Positions 20,590 through 28,692 of a stretch of 64,000 nucleotides of DNA are shown in pieces. Below the pieces are notes generated by a model. It was not told the origin of the DNA, did not search any database, and saw only the letters and a list, made by a program, of their open reading frames with translations. Both the position numbers and the translations under genes were made by a program. The DNA comes from Verrucomicrobiota bacterium (GTDB lineage: Bacteria > Verrucomicrobiota > Verrucomicrobiia > Opitutales > Cerasicoccaceae): positions 64,001 to 128,000 of the forward strand of contig JBCBUK010000001.1 in assembly GCA_039818205.1 (NCBI GenBank), given 5' to 3'. How positions within the stretch are numbered: position 1 is the stretch's first letter; each line of letters opens with the position of its first letter.

Positions 20590-21825
20590 CTAGTGGCCGA
20601 CCTCGAGCTTTTTGCCCTTTGGCTGGCCGATGGCATCCAGAAGATCTTCGAACCAAGGCTCGTCGATATCAAATGGCTTGCCGCCCTTGATGCGCTCGAA
20701 CTCAATCGCGCGAAGAATGCCACGCTTGTCTTCATCGTGTCCGATGACGCCGCTTTGCCCCTCGTGAGCACACTGAACCGCTAGGTCGGTGCAGCTCTTA
20801 ATAAGACGCAAGTCATCGACATTTGCGGGAGCGGCTCGTGAGAAGTAACCGCTCTTTTGGACCATGTTCTTTTCGGCACCAAGAGCTTCAGCAAACTTAC
20901 TGCCGAAGTATTTACCAGGATTAACGGCATCCAGCTTCACGTGGCCAAAGGCATCGCGAGGGACTTCTTCGCCCCGGGCTTCCATTTGCTTAACGATAGA
21001 CTCCACGCCAGCACCTTCACTAACAAAAATGTTCACACAATCGTGCTCGTCCATGATCGCCTTCAAGCGGGCTGCCTCTGCCTCCAAGTCGATTTCCATC
21101 TCCGGAATAAATACCGCATGAACATCCAACCGATTCTCGGTGAGGCCCAATCCAGGAACCAATCCGCGATCGCCTAAAATGTTATCGCGATAGTATTTGG
21201 CGGTAGCGGCAGTCAGCCAGCCACAGGAGCGTCCCATGACCTCGTGTACAATGAGCATGCGCGGGTTCGCACTATGCTCAGCCACGATGTTCCGGAAATA
21301 GTTAGCACCGTTTTCAGCGGCGGTCCATGCTCCGAGGGTTTGCACAATCGGAAACACATCGTTGTCGATTGTCTTGGGCAGGCCGATCACCTGCAGCTCA
21401 TAGCCATTGTCGTGAAGGAATTTCGCAAGGTCGGCCGCAGCGGTGTTGGTGTCATCCCCACCAATGGTATGAAGCACCTGGACGCCATCCTTGACTAATT
21501 GGTCCGCGGCGACTTTCTGCGGGTCCTCACCTTCCTGCACGAGACCACGCTTCACGCAGTCTTTTACGTTAGTCAGCTTCACCCGGCTATTCCCAATTGG
21601 GCTGCCGCCGTGGCGATGCAGAATCGCTGCGTGCTTGCGAATTTCTGGCGTCACCGAAATGCTCTCGCCGAGCAGAAGGCCCTTATAGCCGCCAACGTAG
21701 CAAATGATCTCCGTATCGGGGGCAATTTCGGTATAGCGTTCGATCAGACCGCCAATGGCTGAAGAGAGACAAGGAGCCAAGCCCCCTGCCGTGAGGATTC
21801 CAACTTTTTTTGGTGCTTTAGACAT
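20590..21825 (-). CDS. pfp: Pyrophosphate-dependent phosphofructokinase
   Basis: LTAGGLAPCL, TIGGDDT (GGDD = PPi-type), PKTIDND, EVMGR.CGWL. Confidence 0.93.
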   Translation of the reverse strand: MSKAPKKVGILTAGGLAPCLSSAIGGLIERYTEIAPDTEIICYVGGYKGLLLGESISVTPEIRKHAAILHRHGGSPIGNSRVKLTNVKDCVKRGLVQEGEDPQKVAADQLVKDGVQVLHTIGGDDTNTAAADLAKFLHDNGYELQVIGLPKTIDNDVFPIVQTLGAWTAAENGANYFRNIVAEHSANPRMLIVHEVMGRSCGWLTAATAKYYRDNILGDRGLVPGLGLTENRLDVHAVFIPEMEIDLEAEAARLKAIMDEHDCVNIFVSEGAGVESIVKQMEARGEEVPRDAFGHVKLDAVNPGKYFGSKFAEALGAEKNMVQKSGYFSRAAPANVDDLRLIKSCTDLAVQCAHEGQSGVIGHDEDKRGILRAIEFERIKGGKPFDIDEPWFEDLLDAIGQPKGKKLEVGH

Positions 21826-21937
21826 CGCCCGTCCACTCAAGCACCCTCACACGAAGTTGGAAGGAAAAAATGCCTGATCTTCCAGGGAGAATCGAGGTGT
21901 GAAGGTGTCCAAAAAGAAACTGAGCCAAGCAAATCAA

Positions 21938-22852
21938 CTAGCTCTTCATCAGCGCTTCGAGTGCCGCCAGATACTTTTCCTGGGTTTTCTTGATAACCGA
22001 GTCCGGCAGCGTTGGTCCAGGCGGCGTCTTATCCCAATCCAGGGTCTCAAGATAATCCCGGACAAATTGCTTGTCGAAAGCCGGCTGCGCTTTGCCTGCT
22101 TGGTAGCCCTGGCGCGGCCAGTAGCGGGAGGAATCTGGCGTTAGGGCTTCATCAATTAGGAAAAGGTTGCCTGCGGCGTCAGTGCCAAACTCAAATTTCG
22201 TGTCGGCTAGAATCAGACCGGCCCGGTCCGCATAGCGCGTACCTAGATCAAACAACTTGAGCGATACTTCGCGAACCTGCTCATAGCGATCCGAGCCAAT
22301 GACGGCTGCGCCCTCCCCGTCAGTCACCGGCAAATCCTTATCACCCACGGCTGCCTTCGTGGTGGGGGTAAAGAGTGGTGCGGGCAACGCCTGACTTTCC
22401 TGGAGCCCTTGAGGCAAGGAACGCCCCCAGAGCTGCCCCGTAGACTGATACTCCTTCCACCCGCTACCGGCAAGATAGCCTCGCACAACGGCCTCTAGCT
22501 TGAGCGGCTCCAGTTTCCGGACGAGCATGGCATACGGAATCCACGCGGGAAAGTCAGCCAACACTTCACGGACAGCTTCGGCGTGATTCTCGACCAAATG
22601 GTTCTGAATAATGTCGCCGGTTCGCTCAAACCACCAGAGGCTTATCTGAGTCAACAAGAGACCCTTTCCCGGAATTCCGTTTGGCAAAACGACATCGAAT
22701 GCCGAAAGACGGTCGGTTGCCACAATTAACAAGCGGTCACCCAAATCGAAGATCTCACGAACCTTTCCTGAAGCGATCTTGGGAAACGGCAGTTCATCAA
22801 TCTCGCGCCGAGCCTGGGTTGGCAGCTGGTTAAGTATCTCGTCAAAAGTCAT
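21938..22852 (-). CDS. purC: Phosphoribosylaminoimidazolesuccinocarboxamide (SAICAR) synthase
   Basis: SGKVRE, TDRLSAFD, EAVVRGYLAGSGW, ADTKFEFG, DEALTPDSSRYW, DKQFVRD. Confidence 0.96.
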   Translation of the reverse strand: MTFDEILNQLPTQARREIDELPFPKIASGKVREIFDLGDRLLIVATDRLSAFDVVLPNGIPGKGLLLTQISLWWFERTGDIIQNHLVENHAEAVREVLADFPAWIPYAMLVRKLEPLKLEAVVRGYLAGSGWKEYQSTGQLWGRSLPQGLQESQALPAPLFTPTTKAAVGDKDLPVTDGEGAAVIGSDRYEQVREVSLKLFDLGTRYADRAGLILADTKFEFGTDAAGNLFLIDEALTPDSSRYWPRQGYQAGKAQPAFDKQFVRDYLETLDWDKTPPGPTLPDSVIKKTQEKYLAALEALMKS

Positions 22853-22911
22853 GCGAAACATGCTGTGGGAAGGCTTCAAAAAGCGCACGAAAAATTTTTT
22901 GAAAAAAACGC

Positions 22912-22939
22912 TTGCGCAATCCGAAATCCCCGGTAGCTT
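22912..22939 (+). promoter_or_regulatory. Putative sigma70 promoter of tRNA-Glu
   Basis: TTGCGC-N16-TAGCTT preceded by an A/T tract (UP-element-like), about 20 bp upstream of the tRNA. Confidence 0.5.
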
Positions 22940-22959
22940 TCACAACCTTTCTTAGGTCT

Positions 22960-23037
22960 GTCCCCATCGTCTAGTCAGGTCTAGGACACTGGATTTTCAT
23001 TCCAGCGACCGGGGTTCGAATCCCCGTGGGGACGCCA
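22960..23037 (+). tRNA. tRNA-Glu (TTC)
   Basis: Acceptor stem GTCCCCA/TGGGGAC, anticodon arm CTGGA-TT-TTC-AT-TCCAG, T-loop GTTCGAATC, encoded CCA. Confidence 0.96.
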
Positions 23038-23189
23038 TTTCTCTGAGACGTTCAGAGAATGGAAAAATGGTGCAAGTTGCTCCACTAGCAACGACTTCCA
23101 AACCGGGAAGCAGTTCGTTGTTTCCATCACGTTTGGTCAGCATTTTTTCCCACCTAACAGAGCGATCAGGCCTACCTACTTCAGACTGC

Positions 23190-24911
23190 CTAGGGACTTA
23201 CTAATTCTCCAACGTCAACTGAGTAAGTCGGCAAGGAGTCTATCGAATATACAATCTGGAAAAAATCGCTTTTCGATGGAGCGACAGGAATCCAGGTTCC
23301 TGGAGTGGTGCCGGGAACGGCTTCCGTCCAGGTAGACAAATCATTCGAGTATAAGACCTGCCAGTCAGACAACGCGTTAAAAACGGACTCGGGCAATGCC
23401 CAATGAATCTCTGGATGCAGTAAGATTTGAGGCATGGATTCGACGAGAGTGGGAGAATAACCCAAGAGATACTCCAACCCTAAATTCAGCCCATCGTTGT
23501 CCGGGTCAGCCGTCTGATCCTGGGGTTGCCCTACACGCTCGGCCCACTTCGCAAACCCCTCAGAGATCACCGTTTCGACTCTTACTGTGGGCGCGTCGTC
23601 TTCAAGGTCCGTTGGCGTCACTTCGCAAACAACGGTATCGCCCCGTTGAATTAACGAACGCGCGAGGGCATCTGATTTTGCCCCCGTGAGTACATTGCGA
23701 ACCTCAGTCCCATTAACATACCACACGTAGCGATAGCTGACAAAATCGTAATCCGGGTCATCTGCCAGGATGAATTGCGCTGCCTCACAAACGGGAACAT
23801 CGTCTTCCGTCGTAAGTGCTTTGCGAAATTGAAATTCTGCCGACACTGGAGGGCGGTTCACAACATCCTCAGCAGAGGCCACGACTTCGAGCGGACCACT
23901 GAACAGCACTTGTTCACCCGATGTCAGCTCTACAGTCCATGTTCCGACGACGTCGAAAACAAGGTTGCGCGAACGCCAGATCCAGCCACGTCTGGCCGAA
24001 GACGGAAAGGTGTTGCCCGTCGAGGTAGCAAGTGTGCCATCGGGCCGGTAAATACGAAGGAGGTAGGAGAAGTTTTCAGGTCGATTGATTAGATACCACC
24101 AAAAGTAAATGGATTGAGGCGAGCTACTCGCAACTAAGGTTCCCGTATTCGGAAAGGGCTCGGGAAGTCCGGGCCAAGATGATAGAGACTCTGGTGAAAC
24201 GATGAACTCGCGGACGTAAGTCTCCGTAACGTACTCAGGTTGCTGCTGCCAGAGGGAGGATCCTGTTCGACCCGGTCCAGCAAACGGCTCTATCGTATTA
24301 CTATCGATAGTCGTTTCGAAATGAAGGTGAGGCGCCGTGCTAATCCCGCTGCTTCCAGTTAACCCGATCTGCTGACCAGCCGAAACGGTTTCTCCTACTG
24401 ACACGGCAACACTATCTTTCTTCAGATGAAAATAGCGGGTAACATGTCCGTTGCCGTGGTCAATAATGACGAAATTCGACGTCTGATTATCCCAAACCGT
24501 ATTGCGGTCTGGTTCCCCATCGTTTGTCGCGGTAACGATGCCCTCCAACACTGCATATATTGGGAACCCTGCGTCTTGCTGGGACCAGAAGAGCAAGTTA
24601 GAATCGATACCTCGATGCCCGTCATAGGTGATCTGCCCAAGTTCATAATCGCCGATGCCCGAATCTGAAACCCTGTCAGTATAATTACTAAAATAAAGGT
24701 CACCGGCAAGAAGTCCTGCGTGTGGGTAAAATGGATAGGTTTGCACGCTTGCGACCGCGCTTTTTGCAACGAGGCCAGTACGAAGCGTTTGACCACCACA
24801 TCCAGCGCAAGCGAAACACGGCTCATCTACCATGACACCCTCAGGAACACCCATGAGGGATCCTGAAACGCAAATAGACGCAAAAACACTCAGAACCCGA
24901 CAAACAGACAT
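23190..24911 (-). CDS. Secreted M23 family metallopeptidase with Ig-like and Verrucomicrobia-type C-terminal domain
   Basis: HRGID (HxxxD), TRYFHL, GSSG.STAPHLHFE (HxH); hydrophobic N-terminus. Confidence 0.85.
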   Translation of the reverse strand: MSVCRVLSVFASICVSGSLMGVPEGVMVDEPCFACAGCGGQTLRTGLVAKSAVASVQTYPFYPHAGLLAGDLYFSNYTDRVSDSGIGDYELGQITYDGHRGIDSNLLFWSQQDAGFPIYAVLEGIVTATNDGEPDRNTVWDNQTSNFVIIDHGNGHVTRYFHLKKDSVAVSVGETVSAGQQIGLTGSSGISTAPHLHFETTIDSNTIEPFAGPGRTGSSLWQQQPEYVTETYVREFIVSPESLSSWPGLPEPFPNTGTLVASSSPQSIYFWWYLINRPENFSYLLRIYRPDGTLATSTGNTFPSSARRGWIWRSRNLVFDVVGTWTVELTSGEQVLFSGPLEVVASAEDVVNRPPVSAEFQFRKALTTEDDVPVCEAAQFILADDPDYDFVSYRYVWYVNGTEVRNVLTGAKSDALARSLIQRGDTVVCEVTPTDLEDDAPTVRVETVISEGFAKWAERVGQPQDQTADPDNDGLNLGLEYLLGYSPTLVESMPQILLHPEIHWALPESVFNALSDWQVLYSNDLSTWTEAVPGTTPGTWIPVAPSKSDFFQIVYSIDSLPTYSVDVGELVSP

Positions 24912-25039
24912 CCGATATCTATCAGCGAAACACACCGTTTCAGTAGTACAAAGCCTTCCACTTCAGTCAATGGCGGAAATGAGGCCAGGTCGACTTGCAT
25001 TACGGGCGCTTCGCCACCTTCCATCACCCGGCAATAGCC

Positions 25040-25108
25040 TGCAAACATGTCGGTGGATCATGCGAGCTCGGAGCAGGTCAGCCTTTACCCTTCCTGAGCT
25101 TGTTATCA
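25040..25108 (-). repeat. Putative degenerate attC-like site (distal end of array)
   Basis: Minus strand tgatAAC...GTTtgca spanning the stop of ORF 25078-25581; weak palindrome. Confidence 0.35.
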
Positions 25109-25581
25109 CCCGGTACGGTGCAGTGCGGAACGAAATCAAGGCCACTAATACTTTTACTCTGGGTCGCACAGTGACGAATCCAGTCACCTCTCGACGTGAT
25201 CGCTTCGGCTTCTGAATAGGGAGCATCGATAGAGTAGTAAACGCCGTCCTCCGCACAATAATCCTCTTCTTCCGATTCCCAAGGATCGAACGCAAGCGTG
25301 CACAGGGAGTACGCGGTACCCGCTGCAAGCAGTTGGAAGACGATCGGCTGGCCTTTCGCGCGCAAATCCCCGAATAACCGCTCAGCATCTCGATCTTGGA
25401 TCTCGAGGAACTCATGCGCATAACTGAGCACGAATCCTCCGTCAGGCGCTTTCCGGCGAAGCATGATCGTGAGTTCGCCCCTAAACCTCCAGACTACATC
25501 AGCGCTGTATCCGGCGGCACTCAATCTGTCTTTCCAACGTGCCAACGCTGAACGAAAATCTGTCAGATGTTGAGGAGTCAT
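25078..25581 (-). CDS. Hypothetical protein (cassette 6)
   Basis: 167 aa ORF starting just after an attC-like core; no recognised domain. Confidence 0.65.
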   Translation of the reverse strand: MTPQHLTDFRSALARWKDRLSAAGYSADVVWRFRGELTIMLRRKAPDGGFVLSYAHEFLEIQDRDAERLFGDLRAKGQPIVFQLLAAGTAYSLCTLAFDPWESEEEDYCAEDGVYYSIDAPYSEAEAITSRGDWIRHCATQSKSISGLDFVPHCTVPGDNKLRKGKG

Positions 25582-25589
25582 TACTTTGG

Positions 25590-25657
25590 GGAGAATCTAA
25601 GACTGAGGCAACGAAGGAGGCACAGCCTATGGAGTTGTATCCACAGGCTGATTCGCT
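25590..25657 (-). repeat. attC-like site
   Basis: Minus strand agcgAAT-cagcctgtggatacaactcc...gttgcctcagtcttag-ATTctcc, an imperfect inverted repeat. Confidence 0.6.
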
Positions 25658-26106
25658 GTCGGCGGATTTTTAATTGTACTAATTGTAGCGGCGAATCCCA
25701 ACCCACTAGCTAGGACAATGATTCCATAGAGCAAGATGGATGGAGTCTTCTGTGAAATGGAGTAAGCAACAAAACTCTCTTTCGTTCTTCTTAATCCCAA
25801 ATGGATGCTCGAAATGAATAGCCATGCGATAGGAAAAAATGCCATGGCGCCGAAACCCAACCCAAATCCTCGCCAATCATTTTTGGGAAAGTATCCTAGC
25901 CAGTAGACTGCTATTCCCAATAGGATCGATGAGAAGGCGATCGTATTCGCTATCCAAATCCGCCACCTGTTTTCTCTCCATAGCCGATCGGCATCTTTGT
26001 AGCCGTAAGACGCAGGAACAAACCGCGACCATAGCTTCATTAGCCCGAGGGTGACTATGGCACCAACTGCTCCGGATATGAACGGCCTGATTTCTTCGAA
26101 AGTCAT
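25627..26106 (-). CDS. Hypothetical membrane protein (cassette 5)
   Basis: Four hydrophobic segments; C-terminus ANQPVDTTP is encoded by the attC-like site. Confidence 0.7.
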   Translation of the reverse strand: MTFEEIRPFISGAVGAIVTLGLMKLWSRFVPASYGYKDADRLWRENRWRIWIANTIAFSSILLGIAVYWLGYFPKNDWRGFGLGFGAMAFFPIAWLFISSIHLGLRRTKESFVAYSISQKTPSILLYGIIVLASGLGFAATISTIKNPPTANQPVDTTP

Positions 26107-26114
26107 TTTAGTTT

Positions 26115-26196
26115 AGCGAACCTCGAGGGGATGCACTTAGAGTAGCATTGCAGTGCTACTCGGAGTTGTCATCGCCCTTCCAGCTAGGAATTAGAT
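26115..26196 (-). repeat. attC-like site
   Basis: Contains gatgacaactccgagta (shared with site 27240-27312), an internal AGTAGCA/TGCTACT stem and a terminal GTTcgct. Confidence 0.6.
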
Positions 26197-26737
26197 CTTT
26201 TGCCCCCCAAGCCACTAGCTGAGAACTGAACTGCACCCATTCTGGGTCTGTTTCGACTTCGAAGCGAATTGGAAGCCCTGGCGTACCTAGAAGTGCTCGG
26301 TTAACAACATCCGACAGTCTTTCTTTATTTTGGATGTAAAAATGCCATTTTCTTTCTCCATCGAATGTGGTTATGAAAGTGACTATGGCATAATTATCCA
26401 CCTCTAGAGCAGGAATAATAGTTTCTTCGAATTCTTTTAGCTGATCCAAGATACTGGAAGGATCGCCTGATGGCATTCCGTCTTCTCTGGATTCATAGTC
26501 CCAAGTAATCGTCAGTAAGGTTGGGTAATTATCGTTACCGATGATTTTAGCACAGCTTGGTCGATACCGTATTAAGGTAGGTTTTCCGTTGGACGTTTTG
26601 CCTTGAGCTTGTGTCCATGAACTTGTCGATGATGGAAAAAATTCTGAGGTCATCTTCTCGGGTTCAGTTGGTGTGTTCGCTGCCAGTATCGAATGAAAGA
26701 GTATAATGAGCAGAGGCGGGATGCGTTTTATGGCCAT
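26156..26737 (-). CDS. DUF695-like protein with signal peptide (cassette 4)
   Basis: W....G..NGKP.LIR, YP..L.ITW.Y....GMP, T.DGER.WHFY, DPEW..F pattern. Confidence 0.65.
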   Translation of the reverse strand: MAIKRIPPLLIILFHSILAANTPTEPEKMTSEFFPSSTSSWTQAQGKTSNGKPTLIRYRPSCAKIIGNDNYPTLLTITWDYESREDGMPSGDPSSILDQLKEFEETIIPALEVDNYAIVTFITTFDGERKWHFYIQNKERLSDVVNRALLGTPGLPIRFEVETDPEWVQFSSQLVAWGAKDLIPSWKGDDNSE

Positions 26738-26743
26738 TTCTCT

Positions 26744-26810
26744 ATCGAACTTCGAGGTATATCATGGAGTGGCGTCGAGCAGCGAAACTGGTCACTCCGC
26801 CTGGATCTGC
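26744..26810 (-). repeat. attC-like site
   Basis: Minus strand gcagATC-caggcGGAGTG...CACTCC...GTTcgat. Confidence 0.6.
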
Positions 26811-26827
26811 CAGTTCGTTGATTTTGA

Positions 26828-27232
26828 TTAGTCTCCCCATGATTCATCGACTATCTTTTCATGCTTGATGGTGAAGTCGACCCCCATGTCACCCCATGAG
26901 GCGCCACCGGACCATGATACCTCAAATGAAGCTTCTCGGCTGAAATCCTCAATATTGATCGAAAACGATTCACCATCATCCATTTTCACTTCTTCCCATT
27001 CTTTCCAGCCTTTTTCTAGTCGCTCAAGCATCTCTGGCGCTAAAGTAGCGACACTAGATAAGATTGCATTCAAATCGTCTAGGCTAGGCATATCAAGCTG
27101 CGGTGAAAAAGAAATGAACTCTTGTTCTCGATAGGTAAACTCCCACCAATTTTGATCGGTGTCATACGAAACTTTAATTCCCTCGATTGTGATCGTGGGT
27201 GTCAGTTTTGGCTTTTTGGTGAAGAGTCCCAT
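26828..27232 (-). CDS. Hypothetical acidic protein (cassette 3)
   Basis: 134 aa ORF flanked by attC-like sites. Confidence 0.7.
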   Translation of the reverse strand: MGLFTKKPKLTPTITIEGIKVSYDTDQNWWEFTYREQEFISFSPQLDMPSLDDLNAILSSVATLAPEMLERLEKGWKEWEEVKMDDGESFSINIEDFSREASFEVSWSGGASWGDMGVDFTIKHEKIVDESWGD

Positions 27233-27239
27233 TTCTTAT

Positions 27240-27312
27240 GTAGACGATGAAGTGACCCATGGAGAGGAAGGCGCAGCTTTACTCGGAGTTGTCATCTCCC
27301 GCCTGGTTCTAC
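27240..27312 (-). repeat. attC-like site
   Basis: Minus strand gtagAAC-caggcgggagatgacaactccgagta...cacttcatc-GTctac. Confidence 0.65.
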
Positions 27313-27726
27313 CTTTCGTCTTTCGTATTCTGAGTTGGCGGTTGATATTCCAGACTCGAATGAATCGACCAATGCCCCGAAGAAATCCTTCAAGCATTTC
27401 GATGAGCAGAAATGAATATCCACCTGTCCACATCCTGTTGGTGCTACAATATCCATTGAATGCTCTGCATTATCCATAGATGTGATTTCGAATTTTCCAT
27501 CTTCTCTTTTCTTTGATGGGTGTGGCCCATGATACCAGAGGCTAAAAACTGTATCCATCAAACTAGAGAGTCCTCCATTCATTTTCGTTTCATCTTCGTG
27601 GAGTATCGCACCTGCCGTGAGCCGAACAAAACCATGGACTTCTCCAATTCTTTCCTCGCAAACCAAACAATATGCTCGCGAAGGTATCTGTGTGCTATCT
27701 GGCTCTGGTTTCAGAGGAAAGTTCAT
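27292..27726 (-). CDS. Hypothetical protein with Cys motifs (cassette 2)
   Basis: CLVC and FCSSKC motifs suggest a zinc-binding site; flanked by complementary cores GTTCTAC/GTAGAAC. Confidence 0.7.
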   Translation of the reverse strand: MNFPLKPEPDSTQIPSRAYCLVCEERIGEVHGFVRLTAGAILHEDETKMNGGLSSLMDTVFSLWYHGPHPSKKREDGKFEITSMDNAEHSMDIVAPTGCGQVDIHFCSSKCLKDFFGALVDSFESGISTANSEYERRKVEPGGR

Positions 27727-27737
27727 CTATTTATTTT

Positions 27738-27793
27738 GTAGAACGATGAGTGCGGGGACGGCGCCAGCCGTTCCTAGACACGACTTGTTCCAA
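27738..27793 (-). repeat. attC-like site
   Basis: Minus strand ttggAAC-aagtcgtgtctaggaacggc-tg-gcgccgtccccgcactcatc-GTTctac. Confidence 0.65.
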
Positions 27794-27808
27794 TTCAATT
27801 TTCTTATG

Positions 27809-28162
27809 TCAAATGTCATCATCTGTGCCAAACTTACGATCCTTTCCAGCACTCACCGCAACCAATCTCCCTTGTTCATTTCGCTTAAACTTTATTTGGG
27901 TTCCCCATAAATCCAAAATGTTTCCCTCATCATCAAGCTTTTCTAAACCAATCGAATAAAACTTGATCTTCTTTTCATTTTCTCCTGTCACCAATAATAA
28001 TACATTTTTGTTAGATAAGTCTACTATTCTCTCACCATACTCCTCTTCATACATTTGAACTGCCAAACTCAATTGCTGGGTTAAGACTCGGTCTTTTGAC
28101 TTTCCTGGATGTTTTGAACATGCTGCTAGAAAAATCAGTGCTAGAGTAAAAAATATCTTCAC
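27809..28162 (-). CDS. Lipoprotein with GspG-like C-terminal domain (cassette 1)
   Basis: Lipobox FLAAC; DLWG...SAGKDRKFGTDDDI resembles the pseudopilin GspG C-terminus; visibly AT-rich. Confidence 0.7.
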   Translation of the reverse strand: MKIFFTLALIFLAACSKHPGKSKDRVLTQQLSLAVQMYEEEYGERIVDLSNKNVLLLVTGENEKKIKFYSIGLEKLDDEGNILDLWGTQIKFKRNEQGRLVAVSAGKDRKFGTDDDI

Positions 28163-28692
28163 TTTATTTGGAACAGGTTAGTATACGCGCACGATGCGAT
28201 TGTTACCGGTTTTACGACTGGTTTGTGTTGGTCGCATGGAACTGACCATAAATATTCCCTAACCGACTCGGCAACACTATTTTGTGATTGTCTGATACAG
28301 TTTAATTGCATTGTCGGTCCTCGGGCCATCAAACCCTACCGCAATGGCCAAAAACCTCGCAATACACAGGGATTGCGGGCGATTGGGCCGGGTCGTATAT
28401 CAAAACCAGCAAACACAACACCAGAGATCCAGTCTCGCAAATCGAATAGCGTGCTCAAATTTGTAATTTTTAGATTGATATTAGGTCAATATCTGCATTC
28501 GAAGCGGCATGAGGTATAACTTACGGTCCCCAACTGGATTGATGAGCTCAAGAGCGCGGCTTTCCTGGATGCCCTCTGGGTGTGTCTAATTGTCAGTTCA
28601 ATCACCCAGCGGCAGGCACTCGACGCGGTGGTTTTCCATTGGGGCACCCAATTCGTTCTTGGCAATCCGCCCGGAGCCAGTTCCATAGCTCA

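Larger units (their letters stand above)
25040..28190 (-). mobile_element. Integron-like gene cassette array without an adjacent integrase (CALIN-like, possibly with attI)
   Basis: Six short co-oriented ORFs, each followed by a roughly 55-80 bp imperfect palindrome bounded by AAC...GTT-type cores; the core upstream of a gene is complementary to the core downstream of it. Confidence 0.75.

Noticed and set aside
22912..22919. TTGCGCAA matching the glycan-locus operator
   Set aside because: Single copy that coincides with the -35 box of the tRNA promoter, with no partner box at 21-22 bp.
24963..25421. 152 aa ORF overlapping cassette 6
   Set aside because: Arg/Ser-rich alternative-frame shadow of ORF 25078-25581.
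25040..28190. CRISPR array or REP-type interpretation of the intergenic repeats
   Set aside because: The repeats are divergent and separated by whole genes rather than 30-40 bp spacers, and no cas genes are present.
28223..28519. 98 aa ORF in the position where an integron integrase might lie
   Set aside because: No tyrosine-recombinase motifs (R, HxxR, Y) are recognisable; probably spurious.
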